A DNA stretch of 63,318 nt, counting the filler, from Sluysia triapertura (lineage: Eukaryota), in the NCBI GenBank assembly GCA_046118255.1. It is 5 parts of 5 records of this genome, joined end to end, with 100 filler letters (N's around TTAATTAATTAA, not from the genome) between each part and the next. Parts side by side here need not be neighbours in the genome. Positions count along the whole stretch, not along the records: positions 1 to 11,982 come from JBJNIA010150494.1; 4 more parts are not named here. One strand, written 5' to 3'. A model generated the notes under the pieces. That model did no database searches, had not been told where the DNA came from, and worked only from the letters and a program-made list of their open reading frames with translations. A program made the translations under genes and the position numbers. Shown here piece by piece: positions 1 to 12,082 of the stretch. The stretch's first letter is position 1, and every line of letters begins with the position of its first letter.

Positions 1-99
1 GACTGCTCTACCACTGAGCTATCAGCCCCGTCTAACAATTTCATTTTCAATATATTCAATTATACTACTTGGCACTTCTTAGGCCTTTTAGCCCCAACA
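1..99 (-). mobile_element. tRNA-containing mini-LTR (Helenus-like TRIM), copy cut by the window edge
   Basis: Minus strand reads TGTTGGGGCTAAAAGGCCTAAGAAGTGCCA...AAATGAAATTGTTAGACGGGGCTGATAGCTCAGTGGTAGAGC, matching the 5' part of the solo LTR at 42122-42278. Confidence 0.8.
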
Positions 100-998
100 A
101 ACGGCTCGAATTCGATATCAGAAATGATAATGATAATCTCGATTTATTAGTTAGTAAAGAAATTAATTTAGTAATTTTTATGATGAGGAGCTTAATCAAA
201 ATCATATATTTACGAATATCTTTCATTCTGTCATCGGATACATTATGAGCTAAAAATATTTTGTAGACTTTCAGCCTGACGATCAATCATAAGACCATCA
301 ATAAGTTCATTATATTTTACAATATTACTAATTTTATTAAAAATATTATTGTCTTTTAAGTGGACACAATTTTGTAAATAATGAACTTGAAAGCATGACA
401 TAAAATCTACTTCAATCGGTGATAAAATCGGAGAAATTAGTGACACTACTTTCGAGTTAAGCGATGCTGATGCTATTTTTAATAAATTATGACTATCTTG
501 TAGATCCACTTGTTCCGACCTAGTTTACAATACTTATTGAGTCTTTTGAACAGCATCAAAATGCTTTGGTAATAGTAGTTGAATTTATTACTGGTAGTAG
601 TAATTTATTACTGGCATTAGAAAATTTCATAAGTTAAACCAAATGATTAAACGTTCTATAAAGTTCTTAGATTCTCAAATTCAACAAAAATGCAATGAAA
701 ATTAATAAAAATTATAAGAAATTCAAATATACTGATGTATAAAATATCTAAATTGACATTATTAATAATAATATATTATTATTGTTATTATTAATTTGTA
801 ATTGATTTATCGTCATTGTATTAATAAAAGTTCAGAACCTAAAACTTATTTTTAGTATATACGCCAGAACAAAAAAATGATAAAAGACAAGTAACTTATT
901 ATAGTATCAGAGGATAAAGGGAAACAAAGAAATTTCCAACTCTCATAATAGTATTAAAATCCTGTAGATATATCTTTCACTAAAATATAGGCAAACAC

Positions 999-1004
999 AT
1001 AATG

Positions 1005-1059
<55 letters not shown>
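999..1059. repeat. (AAT)n microsatellite
   Basis: Direct reading. Confidence 0.95.
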
Positions 1060-1061
<2 letters not shown>

Positions 1062-1573
1062 TACTAAAACACAGCAAATGAACATATTAAAGTTTCTTTG
1101 CTTTCGATAAAAAAACTACATAAATCTTATTGCATAATTTCGTTAATTTAATTATTCCACATGAATCGTTATACATCAATTTAAATAATACTTTAAATGA
1201 TGAAAGAACAACTACCACTGCTAGTGCTACTAATGGTAATATAATAATAATATATTATATTATCCTTATCCTTCTTATTGATTTCATAAATGTTTAACCT
1301 CCACGTTATATTTGACAGATACTTCAGAAAGGTAAAAGTGAAAGCAATTTATTAATATTGAAAGTGTATTATCTTAACTTAAAAAATGAATGATTCCATG
1401 GATTCATCTATGAGAAAGAATTTGTTGCTATTGGTGACGTCTCATCTATGATTTTATCTTAAATATTTACGTAATAAAATACCTTGAGGCTCAGTACCTG
1501 GAAATCATATAACTTTAACGATTCTTTTATCAGCAAATTACAATTGATTTAATCCTACCTTCTTTCAACTGAT

Positions 1574-2070
1574 TGTGATGCCACAAACACATACAACGAT
1601 CTTGTTACACACAAGCTTATACACGATTCACAAACAAAACATTTTGATACTTTTCACACATTTTAAAACAATAACATACGGTCAATATATATATTTGAAA
1701 CCTCACAGTAAATTATACTCAAACTCCAACAACAATTTCTATTACTAATACATCGTCATACTCCAAATTCAGCTCAGATTCTTAATTTACCACTTTTAAC
1801 ATAACTGCAAAACATGAAACTTCGAACCATAAAATTTAACAACAAAATTAATGTAACCACCCTAAAATCATAATAACCAAATACGTTTTCTTTTTTGAAT
1901 TAATGTGATCTAATACTTTTTTACGGTATCGTTCCCATCTCCAATAACGCCACTACGGGTCCTGCTATGATTATCATTTTTATTGTTTTTGTTGTACTAT
2001 ACATTTGTCATGCAGCACGAAACATTGTAGTATTTCTGAAATATCCACGGAACCTATACAAACATGACAG
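1574..2070 (+). mobile_element. G-poor terminal arm of cargo cassette D
   Basis: Starts TGTGATGCCAC (variant of TGTGGTGG terminus); C/A-rich and G-poor; shares TGTCATG and GAACCTATAC motifs with arm E (minus strand, 50147 down to ~49810). Confidence 0.45.
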
Positions 2071-2307
2071 AAAAACTAAAAGAATATTTAAATAAAATAA
2101 CCAAAATAAGATTTAAATACAAAGAAAGTTTAAAAGAAATTTCATAAATATTTCATAAATATTAATTTTTGTTTTAATATTTAAATTTAAAAGTAATTTG
2201 TAAAACTAAATTCGTACTCTTTAAAACTAAAAAAGTCCACAGAAAGCGTTTCAGAAGAAATATTTTTATGTTTACCAAAAGTTCACATCAACTTTAAAAA
2301 AATATAA

Positions 2308-2810
2308 ATGTTACAAAGTAGAGCCAAGTATAAGTCACACAAAAACATCAATGCACGCGTTGCAGACTTTGAACAAGTAAATGCTAAAAAGTATATTTGT
2401 ATTTCTTTGCATGATGTCTTGTTAAGTAATTTAGATAATGTACATGAAGTTACTTTTATTTTAAATATTCAAAAATCGGGACTTTGTGTGATGATGATTT
2501 TCAAAATAAATTGTCTTTAAGTTATGCTACACTAAAAGCAAAGCTGAAGGAACGGAAGGCGGCTAAACTAGTTCAAAAAAATAAAAAATCTCACTACAGT
2601 TTTACTCGAGCATGTATTGTTAATCTTTGTGTTTCAAATGCCGTGGATTTACGAGAATTTTACTTTGCTTACGGAAATGCAATCACTTCTTGCGATCAAG
2701 GTTTTAGTTGGAAATACTACTTTGTTCCAGGTTTCAATAATTTTATAAAGCTAAAAATGTTATCTAGTTTTGATTTTTATAACAAATTTTTTACTAATTG
2801 TTTGTACTAA
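2308..2810 (+). pseudogene. Intronless orphan ORF (two overlapping frames, probably one frameshifted gene), cargo of cassette D
   Basis: ORFs 2308-2520 and 2484-2810 overlap; AATAAA just after the stop; no family recognised. Confidence 0.4.
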
Positions 2811-2998
2811 TTGTTCAATAAATGGAATTAATTATTCAATTCAATGATATGATTTTTAAAGGACCTTAAGTCCTTCCTTTTTAGTTTTAATAAAGGTAAT
2901 AAAATTTTGCTGAAACAAATAACATATTTTAAAAATAATTTCATAATAAAGTTTTTAAACAAAAAACTACACTGATGATCTTGAAAAACTTTAAATAA

Positions 2999-4442
2999 TG
3001 TTCTTTTATACTCACTAAGTTTTCCCTTATTCTTTTACCATTTATTCGATTTTTATTTATATTTATAATATTTATAATTTGTTATATATCTTCATGTACA
3101 TTTCTTTAAAGAGATATAATATTATTTCAGAAGTTAATGTTTCCTTAGAAATATTTCCGAGAACAATGCAAGTATTTGCTACTAATAAATCTATGAATAT
3201 ATATTGTGAAGTCATACCTAGAGATCCAAGAATCATAAGATTTATAACTCCAGTGTTCACAATAATAACAGCGATGTCTTACAAAAAAAAATCAATGATT
3301 CTTTTGTTGTTATTGATGGCAATGAAACTAAAGATAACATATGTTTTGCGTGTGAAGGTGGTAAAATTAAAGCAATAACGAAATGTTTTGATAAAATAAA
3401 TGAACAGATTACTTTAAATATCTATCCTGATACTGACAAATTTTTTCCCACCAATTCCACTTAATTTGATTTGTACAATTAGTCCAAAAGATTTAGTTAT
3501 TAAAAATGCAGTAACTGAATTTGGATTCGAAAAAATGAACTATTCGTGTTACTTTCATAGTGATAACAATATTACTATTGAAACAAAAAATGAAATAGAA
3601 ATTTGTGTAGTTTGTTCTCATGAAGTACTGGATCCAATTAATAAGTGTTACCATAAACAAAATGAAACTCTTAAATTAGAAATATATCCCAAGACAATGT
3701 CAGTTTACTTAGAACAGGTCATAAATATATACTGTCTACCGAGTCTACAAGATCCATCAATTATGACCGAAATTGATTATCATTCTACTTTTTACAACAT
3801 AACTTCTCATAATTATAATATAATTAATCAATCATTTATCCAGAATTATGGTCATGATACTGAAAGACTGTGCTTTGTTTGTGAATCTTCTTATACTAAT
3901 TCAACTTCTAAGTGTTACGATAAATTTGGTATGTACTTGTAAATTTTGATTACATGAAACACATGTTATGGAAATATAAAATTTATATATTCTTAAATTT
4001 GATCTTTAAAATTAATAAATAAAGAAATACAAAATGTAATTTTTTAATTTTGAATTAATAATTGGAATATTCCATTAATACTGGATTAATAATAGATTGG
4101 TACATAGATTCTCCAAAAACTCCTTTTCATCTATCAATATGTTCACAGATGTAATGTCTCTGAAGCTTCGCTTTTACATTTTACATTGTTTTGCATTCTA
4201 TAATGGGTACTGCAACATATTGCGATTTAATCGTATATTTCATGAATTTTCCCATTTCAATTTTTCTTCAGATTCTTAATGAGATTACTAATGAGATGTC
4301 ATATTATCCAACTTTAGCATCTGTAAAAGTTTTTAATCCTAGTGCACATATAAGGAAAAGTAATGAAATTATTACTTATTCTTGCAGATCACCTGTTTTA
4401 TTGGTTTCGATCTTGATATATTTTCACCGAATTTTATTTTAA
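2999..4442 (+). pseudogene. Disrupted secreted/surface protein with tandem ~90-aa four-Cys repeats (Ig-like start)
   Basis: Hydrophobic leader ~2999-3095; phase-1 intron 3096-3130 (spliced junction codon is TAA); three repeats LEIFP/LNIYP/LEIYP..C...CxxC...KC(F/Y)xK; compensating frameshifts near 3240 and 3445; phase-1 GT donor at 3929; weaker further unit ~4190-4440. Confidence 0.6.
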
Positions 4443-4595
4443 TATTGTGGTTTCTTAATAATTCATTCATATAAGCACCCATCCACTATATAAAGATTGT
4501 TAACTGTAATGTTAATTGTGGTATTTTTATTGGGCAAATTATTTTACTTCATTTCATTTCTGTTATTTTGGCTAAGCTGCACGAAGAGATTGTAG

Positions 4596-4657
<62 letters not shown>
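4596..4657. repeat. (ATT)n microsatellite
   Basis: Direct reading. Confidence 0.95.
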
Positions 4658-4658
<1 letters not shown>

Positions 4659-4949
4659 TTATAAGTATCTATTTTCATTAACAAAATAAGTTTATTAATA
4701 AGTTTCTACTTACAGTTGAAATAAATAATTGGTTAGAATTCTATGCTAGTACGAGTTGGTCATTTATTCATCTATGCGTAAGTGAAAAGACAATGGAGGC
4801 CACTAAATATCTTAAATCAATAATAGTTTAGAAATATTGATAATACTTTATCAACTTAATTAAGAACGATTCTGTAACTCTTTTAATCTTCTACAAGGTC
4901 CAAATGCTTAATTACAAAAAGATTTTATGTCCTTATTAAAGGGAGGACT

Positions 4950-6287
4950 TTAAAAATTAGATTTTATGGGTTTCTTGAAAACAATAATATAACTGGTCTT
5001 ATAAAAATTACAAAATTTATCATTAAATTTAGCAAGTTTATTATACTTAAAATTTTTATTAACAATTTTGTGTTTAAGGCACTTAATAACTATTACTATG
5101 TGCCTCAGAGGGCGAATTAAACAAAGGTAAGACAAATTGATTGTATTATTAAACACACTAATCATTGTTGAAACCCAAATTTAAATCCTTACGTGGATAA
5201 ATCCTTTCATATTCTCCGAGCCTGGAATTTCCTCGAGTTTGAAATCATTTATTTCATAATTTCTAATAACTATCATTTTACAAAAAATATCTAAATGATT
5301 ATGAGATAATTTAAAATAACCGTTTTCAAACATAGTGATACTAAATAAAGTTATAATCAAGCATTTATTTCTAATACAATCATCTTTGACTTTGATTTCT
5401 ACATAATTATTAAAATAACAGTTTTCATACACAGTGATACTAAATAAAGTTATAATCAAACCTTTACTTATAACACGATCTACTTTAACTTTATTTATAT
5501 ATGTGACATTGCTTTTTATGACATATTCAACTCTAGCATCTTGGATACGTTTAACACCGTGCTTCGGATTAATGAAATAGGTAGTAATTTGATCTTCTTG
5601 GTAAATCGACAAGACAAGTATTGCATCAGCATTCATTATTTTACCAATATAAAATTTTTTAAAATAGTACTAACATAAACAGGAGCTAAATTCTCAGGTT
5701 TTTCTACTCTTTCGGAGTTATTGCTTTCCAGTAAAGAGAGTGGCTTCTTCGAATAACATTCAATGTCTAAACTATAAGACTTCTTAGTAAACATAGTTTC
5801 TTTGAATTTATGTGCGTGGGTGCTGTTCACCACAGAATCAGTACTGTCTTGAAACATTTCGACGGCTTCTTCTTGCGAAGCGTTACCTCCGAATATATCA
5901 TCACTGATTCGATTCACCATGATTATCTGTTTATCTTTAAATTCATATAAACTAATTTCATAGGATTGGAATCAGAACATAATTCGTATATTTGTATTTC
6001 TTAAACAAGATTAAATTTTCGTTTTCATATTGTATATCTCTAAAAAATTCATTTGAGTGAGTAAACTTGACTGCAGCCGAAATGATATAAAACAATTGAG
6101 GTTCAACGTCTGGTAGTTCCAATTGACTTAAATTATTCAAAACTTTCATAGAAATATTAAAATAGGCAAGTTTTTTAAACAACAATTCTAGTATACAGGC
6201 AAGAATCTCTATATCACCAGTTGCCTTTGAATATACATTTAAATTGGATGTTCCAGTTTCCATTTTAAGAAATAAAAAACGTATCAA
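4950..6287 (-). pseudogene. Run of four co-oriented intronless orphan ORFs (likely one decayed gene), cargo of cassette C
   Basis: ORFs 5958-6287, 5636-5920, 5181-5636, 4950-5165; a 33-aa internal duplication (LIITLFSITxxENxYF twice). Confidence 0.5.
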
Positions 6288-6879
6288 TTAATAAAAATGC
6301 ATTATGAATTGTAAACAAAGACAAACTAAATGCGTGAAAATTTTTTGAAAGATCTCTATAATTAAAACAAAAAGAGTATTAACATAAAATCAATAATTGC
6401 TTTCCTAAATCCAAAAAAACTAAACAAACATCCAAAAATCACATTTATCGACTTGGAAATAATTTAATAAAATCTGTCTGCATCAATAAGGTAATGATAC
6501 ACGGAATGATTTACTATGGTTCAATATTTAGCATTTGTGATTTTAAATTTCTCTATGAAAATTTATATTTTATTTTTATATGAAGTATCTAAAATTAACT
6601 ATTATATAAAAATGGTAAAGCGCGGTAATTCTATTCAGATTAGAATTAAATTATGAAAGAAAATTATAAACGCTAAGTTTTATTACATTTTTATTGAATC
6701 ACAAAAGCTCTTAATAAAATAAATGCAATCAAATATGAACCAAACAATATTAGTGATACAAATACTTATGATTATTTAATTAAAAATTTGTAGCAACATT
6801 TCGGAAAATTAACAGAAATAAGTTATTTTCAATTCTGATACTCGTAAACCTTTCTTTTTCATTTTTTTTGAATATTTTC

Positions 6880-7274
6880 CCAATTAAAATGAAGTATGTT
6901 ACTACGTTATGAACAGTAAATGTTAATGTCCAAGTTGTTGCAACAAAAAAGAAATACATAAAGGTGTAAAATGAACTAAAGTGATGAGAAAGTCACTTTG
7001 CTAATAATTAATATCACGTGGTACAAAAAATACACTAAAAGAGTAGTGTTGACGTGATGATGACATGAAGACAAGTGTTACTTATATATCAATAAACAGA
7101 ATATTAAAAAATGTTAGAGTTTATTATACGTCTATGTTTTGTTAATGATGAAAAGTGTGATAGTGTAAAGATTACGAATGGACTTTATTTTTGTGTGATT
7201 TTTATAATGAAGTTTGTGTGGTTTTTGATTAAAGTATGTGTAGTGCATGTAATCTATGAGGCTGTACCACCACA
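6880..7274 (-). mobile_element. G-poor terminal arm of cargo cassette C
   Basis: Minus strand begins TGTGGTGGTACAGCC at 7274; C/A-rich; shares TTGACGTGAT motif with arm G (~61068). Confidence 0.5.
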
Positions 7275-8016
7275 AATAGGTCTACAACTACTTTAAAATT
7301 GTGAAGATAAAATGAAAGAAAGCATTTCTTAGTAAATTCTTTATTAATATTATTCGTGACCATCATTTTGTAAGATAAAATCATTAGAGAATTTTAAATT
7401 GTAATATAATTTAATACTTCTTGAATTTTGTATAAAAACTTTTCTAAAATTGTATTTATTGATTCCTTTAATTGGATCAAAAGTAAATTATATTAAACTA
7501 TATAATTTATATTTAATTTATAACTAAAATCTTACAAAGATATTTGGAATATTAAGTTTGATAAAATTATTCCTTCTCACAGGTTCTATTTATGTAGAAC
7601 CTTAATAAAATCAAATTGATAATCTCGCGGATACGCGGAACATTAACAAGCTTATAAGTAGTTTTAAAGTCTCATTAATCTTGCCAGAAAATCAACACAT
7701 TGTTATTGGAATAAACTTTGGCAACAGTTGTGCAAATGGTAACCCTCTAAGTAAAATGACCTCCATCATCATTTTTATTTACGTTCTTCAAAATTCTACG
7801 GACAAGCCGTAACACGTAAGACTGGGATCGTAGGTGGACTCACCTCTGTTTCTCTATTTTACTGATTGTTTTATACAAAAAAATCTTTCATTCAATGTTT
7901 CCAAGCAAGCTTATGTTTCTAAGACCTCTATTATTTGGCCTTCTGGTGTCTATAAATAGAAATTATCAAATTATTATCCAATAATGTATATAGTTTAAAT
8001 TTGAACATTTCAAAGA

Positions 8017-8330
8017 TGGCCAACCTTAAAATTTAAATTACCACTTCACATAGAATATCGCATTTTTTATTTTTGCATCTTGCTTTCTCAGATTAATTTA
8101 AAACATTAACATTTTAAAACATTTTTATTCACTATTTCACAACATCAGACTCACAATTTACACCTCAAATTATCAAATTTCTATTTCGAAATTAATCCAA
8201 AACATTTCAAGTTCACATTCCTTCAACACTCACATATTAACGCGTCTGAAAAATATTAAACTCATACTCTAAAACCATTCTAAACATTCTAAACATCCTA
8301 ATCCAAATAAAATTTCATTTAAATTAAATT
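8017..8330 (+). mobile_element. Arm B copy 1 (terminal TGT eroded)
   Basis: TGGCCAACC...CTCAAATTATCAAAT...ATTAATCCAAAACATTTCAAGTTCACA...; clearly homologous to the minus strand of 59490-59880 and 62470-62829. Confidence 0.8.
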
Positions 8331-8562
8331 TATATATTATAAGAAAATAAAGATTTACGTAATTTTTATTTATTATTTTTTTAAAGAAAATAAAGTTTTT
8401 GTGTCTAGAAATACAAAGAATTGTGTATTAATTTCATTATTATATAATTTTAAATCATTTTATTGTAATTAGTATTATGACTATTTTTATTTTTTATATA
8501 TTTTAGTATTATTTTCGTTATTATTACGGCATTATTAAATTTCATTATTATTAATTTTATTT

Positions 8563-8563
<1 letters not shown>

Positions 8564-8625
<62 letters not shown>
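8564..8625. repeat. (ATT)n microsatellite in the AT-rich spacer of cassette B1
   Basis: Direct reading. Confidence 0.9.
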
Positions 8626-8626
<1 letters not shown>

Positions 8627-8830
8627 CTACATTATTAGTATTAACATTATCATTATCATTTTAATCATTATTCTTGCATCATTTAAACTGGCGTTTAATC
8701 GACAGCTTAATTAAAAACATTTTTACATTACTTTATCAACTGTCAATTGATGACACTTACTAACCCAATTAATACAGCATTCTACACTTTCTACCACATA
8801 ATTATTTCATTCGATCATTTTAGTGTGAGT

Positions 8831-8960
8831 GGACGTCCAATCGTTTCTATTGTTGTACATTTTATTTCACAATAGACTAGACGGCCAATCAGAAGCCACT
8901 TAAAATCAACAAATTCTTATCTAATTGCTATCTATTTGGTAAATAGCACACTATAAAAAG
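8831..8960 (+). promoter_or_regulatory. Double CCAAT + TATA promoter module of cassette B1
   Basis: GGACGTCCAATC 8831-8842, GGCCAATCAG ~8883-8892, TATAAAAAG 8952-8960, ATG at 9042; homologous to 59007-59076 (minus). Confidence 0.6.
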
Positions 8961-9041
8961 TTTTATCACACAAAAAATTAATTACAAAAATTTAAGTACA
9001 CTTTTTTAAATCATAGATCAAGCCTAAATAATTTATAAATT

Positions 9042-10092
9042 ATGATTAGACCAAGTTCTTCAGAAATAAACAAAAATTCCAATTTACGTAAAAAGTTAAG
9101 TATATTAAAATGTTTTATCAATAATCAACTAAAGTCATCATAATCATTAAGCAATGTCAAATTAGATTATTTTACAGACCTCGATAATTATAATTCATCT
9201 TCAGTAATAGCAGTAACTTCTGTTCAAATATATATATAAAAGTTTGCTACCATAAATTCAACTTTGAATATCAATCTAAATTATTGACTATGTTATAGAG
9301 TTATTTGAGAGAGACTCATAATCAAGTTCAAAAAAATTTTATTTTAAATACAGATCGTGGTATTCATATAAAACAAATTGAATTTATTTTCTTTATGATC
9401 AATCATAATAGTACCTTTTATCAAAATGTTTCGGACGAAATTATAAACAAAATTCTAAATATCGTGTCTTTGCTCACAGAGAAATCTTTAGAACATCATG
9501 AAGTTAATTTAAAATTCATATTACTACAATCAATGTTGTACATAAATACTTTATTTATAACAAATAATATTTCATATGTTAGACAATTATGTAGATCATT
9601 AAGCATCCAAATCAAACAGAATTAATGTACGATGTTCAGAACGTTTGCGTCACAAACGGTAATATCATTAATCCATACTATGAAATGACAGACAATGATA
9701 CAAGTATCTCATCATCTCAATTATCAAGTAATGCAATCAAATTCGAACTTCTCACCGAAGACGTTGGCCAACGATATAAATTCAAAAAAATAAATATAAT
9801 GTATAAAGAAATCAAAACCTTACAACCGCAACTCGACGTTTTGATTAAAGAAAACCAAAATAATAAATCTGATGCAAGTATCGTTTCTCTTAATCAAAGA
9901 AGATACGTCACTAAACTAATATCTATTAGTTCAAATTCGACTTTGGTCACACATTACTGTTTAGCACAGTGCCTCTCCCAGACTAATGAATTAGGTTTAT
10001 GTTTGAAATTTGGTCAAAGCTGCAGATACTACCATGACGTTAAAGAAATTCACCATGATAAAATTGGAAAGTCCATTATACTCAACACATGA
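9042..10092 (+). pseudogene. Decayed intronless orphan ORF with C-terminal CCCH zinc-finger-like motif, cargo of cassette B1
   Basis: Broken frame from ATG 9042, then ORFs 9305-9625 and 9625-10092; motif CLSQTNELGLCLKFGQSCRYYH. Confidence 0.5.
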
Positions 10093-11982
10093 ATCGCTTA
10101 GATTTCCTCCTCGATACATTGAAGTTTAAACAATTTAGTGTGAATCTTGCAACCGTCAAGATACAACCAAGATATATTTCACCAATACTCTTGAAAACAA
10201 TTTAATATTCAAAGTAAATTTTAAATTTTATTATACACATGTAACTTATTTTGATCAATTATATTTAAGGAATCATCGGATCATTGACCTTATGGCGTGT
10301 TTAAGTTGCAATCAATGCCCTCAGAACGTAGAATATTTAATGACATTAAATATAAATATTAAATCTTTGTGTCTAAAAATAAATTAGTGTTCTGTCGTCA
10401 TCTTTATTTTTCAATTTTAAATAAATTTTGTGAATTAAGCAAATTAAATTTAACTTATTTGTTAAGTCGCAATAATGAAAATAATTTTAACATAATATTC
10501 GTAAATTGTAATAAGATCTGTAATTTCAAATCATTAAACAAATAAACGTTCATAACTTACTACCAAACCCACTAAATACAAAAATAAAAACTTTGATTTT
10601 CTCTTTCTGATTCATAAATTCAATAAAAAACGATAATAAAATAAATAAATTGAATATAAATTTACTTGTAAATTGCACAATAATACTTGCTTAGTGCTAG
10701 ATCGCGATTATAACAGATTATGTATTGTCTATGATTTTATGAATCAATTGGTTGGATGTAATGGCAAAGAATTTAGAAGATAAATGATCAATTTGTATCG
10801 GTTGGAGGGAAAATTACAGGAATCTACAATTATCTCTAAGTAAATACTGTGCAAAGTATTTGAAATATGCACAGCCTTATCCAAGAAAAAACTGTCCTTC
10901 AAACTTTCTACATATGAACACATTAACAAAAATTTAGACATAAGTCAGTATGAAATTAAATTCAGTAGTCGAAAACAATCGGTCAAATCAATACATCAAT
11001 TAACTCAAGATAAAATTCAAAAACTCACTTTCGAATGGAATCAGATGGAAAACCTGCCATACAATTGCGTATTATCGTCTGTATTTTCTATGCAGAATAT
11101 TTATATAACTTTGATAATAAATAATGAATCATTATATTGTTATGATATAATATTTAGTGTAATAATTTTAAAATTTTTAATAATGTTTGATTTTAATTTT
11201 ATGATGTAATTTCAAATTTTATAGTTGCTTTATATTTATTATTATTATTATATTTTAAAATTATACTATTCTAAGTTATTATTGTAAAATTACATTATTA
11301 TATTATGGGGTTTTTCATTTAATTTAAGCTTCTTGTCATTTAATTTAATTCGGATTTTTAGGCTTTAAGTTATAAATGAAAACGCAGAAGTTAATAATGA
11401 TGTAACAAAACAACAATTACAACAATCATTGATTAATAGCCTGTTTAAATATTATTGATTAATATTTATTGGTGACTATCAAAATACATTTTTATATAAT
11501 TATGTGCATTATTATTGGTGACTAACATATGTATTATGTAACTATCTATACAAAATTATTTGGATATTACATTTTTGTATGTGAGTTTTAATAGTTGTTA
11601 ATTTTATAAATTTTTAATTTAATTAAACTAACGTGATTGTAAAATAAAATAAATTTATAAAGCAAAATGTTTTAAATTAATTTTATTAATTGAAACTATA
11701 TAAGCATATACTTTTGCAATCAAAACACAATTTTTATAAATACAATGTTAATAATCGTTTTATAAAAATTTTGCTTAACATTCAAAGATTATTCAAGGAT
11801 CTCCATCCAGTTTCAATTTCATCACGATACTCTTTACCTTTAACATTTGTTTCGAAAGCTACGTTAGTTTAATTATTTTTAGGACGATATCTTAGTGTAT
11901 CATAGGTAAAATCTGACTCAAAATCATTTTTTAACTAATTTCCTGATCTTATCACAGATCAAACGAAAAATATATTTAAAAT

Positions 11983-12082
11983 NNNNNNNNNNNNNNNNNN
12001 NNNNNNNNNNNNNNNNNNNNNNNNNNTTAATTAATTAANNNNNNNNNNNNNNNNNNNNNNNNNNNNNNNNNNNNNNNNNNNN
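11983..12082. other. Assembly spacer (44 N + TTAATTAATTAA + 44 N)
   Basis: Six-frame stop linker between N runs, identical at four places. Confidence 0.97.

Noticed and set aside
11983-12082. TTAATTAATTAA as a biological repeated motif
   Set aside because: Centred in identical N runs four times; an artificial six-frame stop linker
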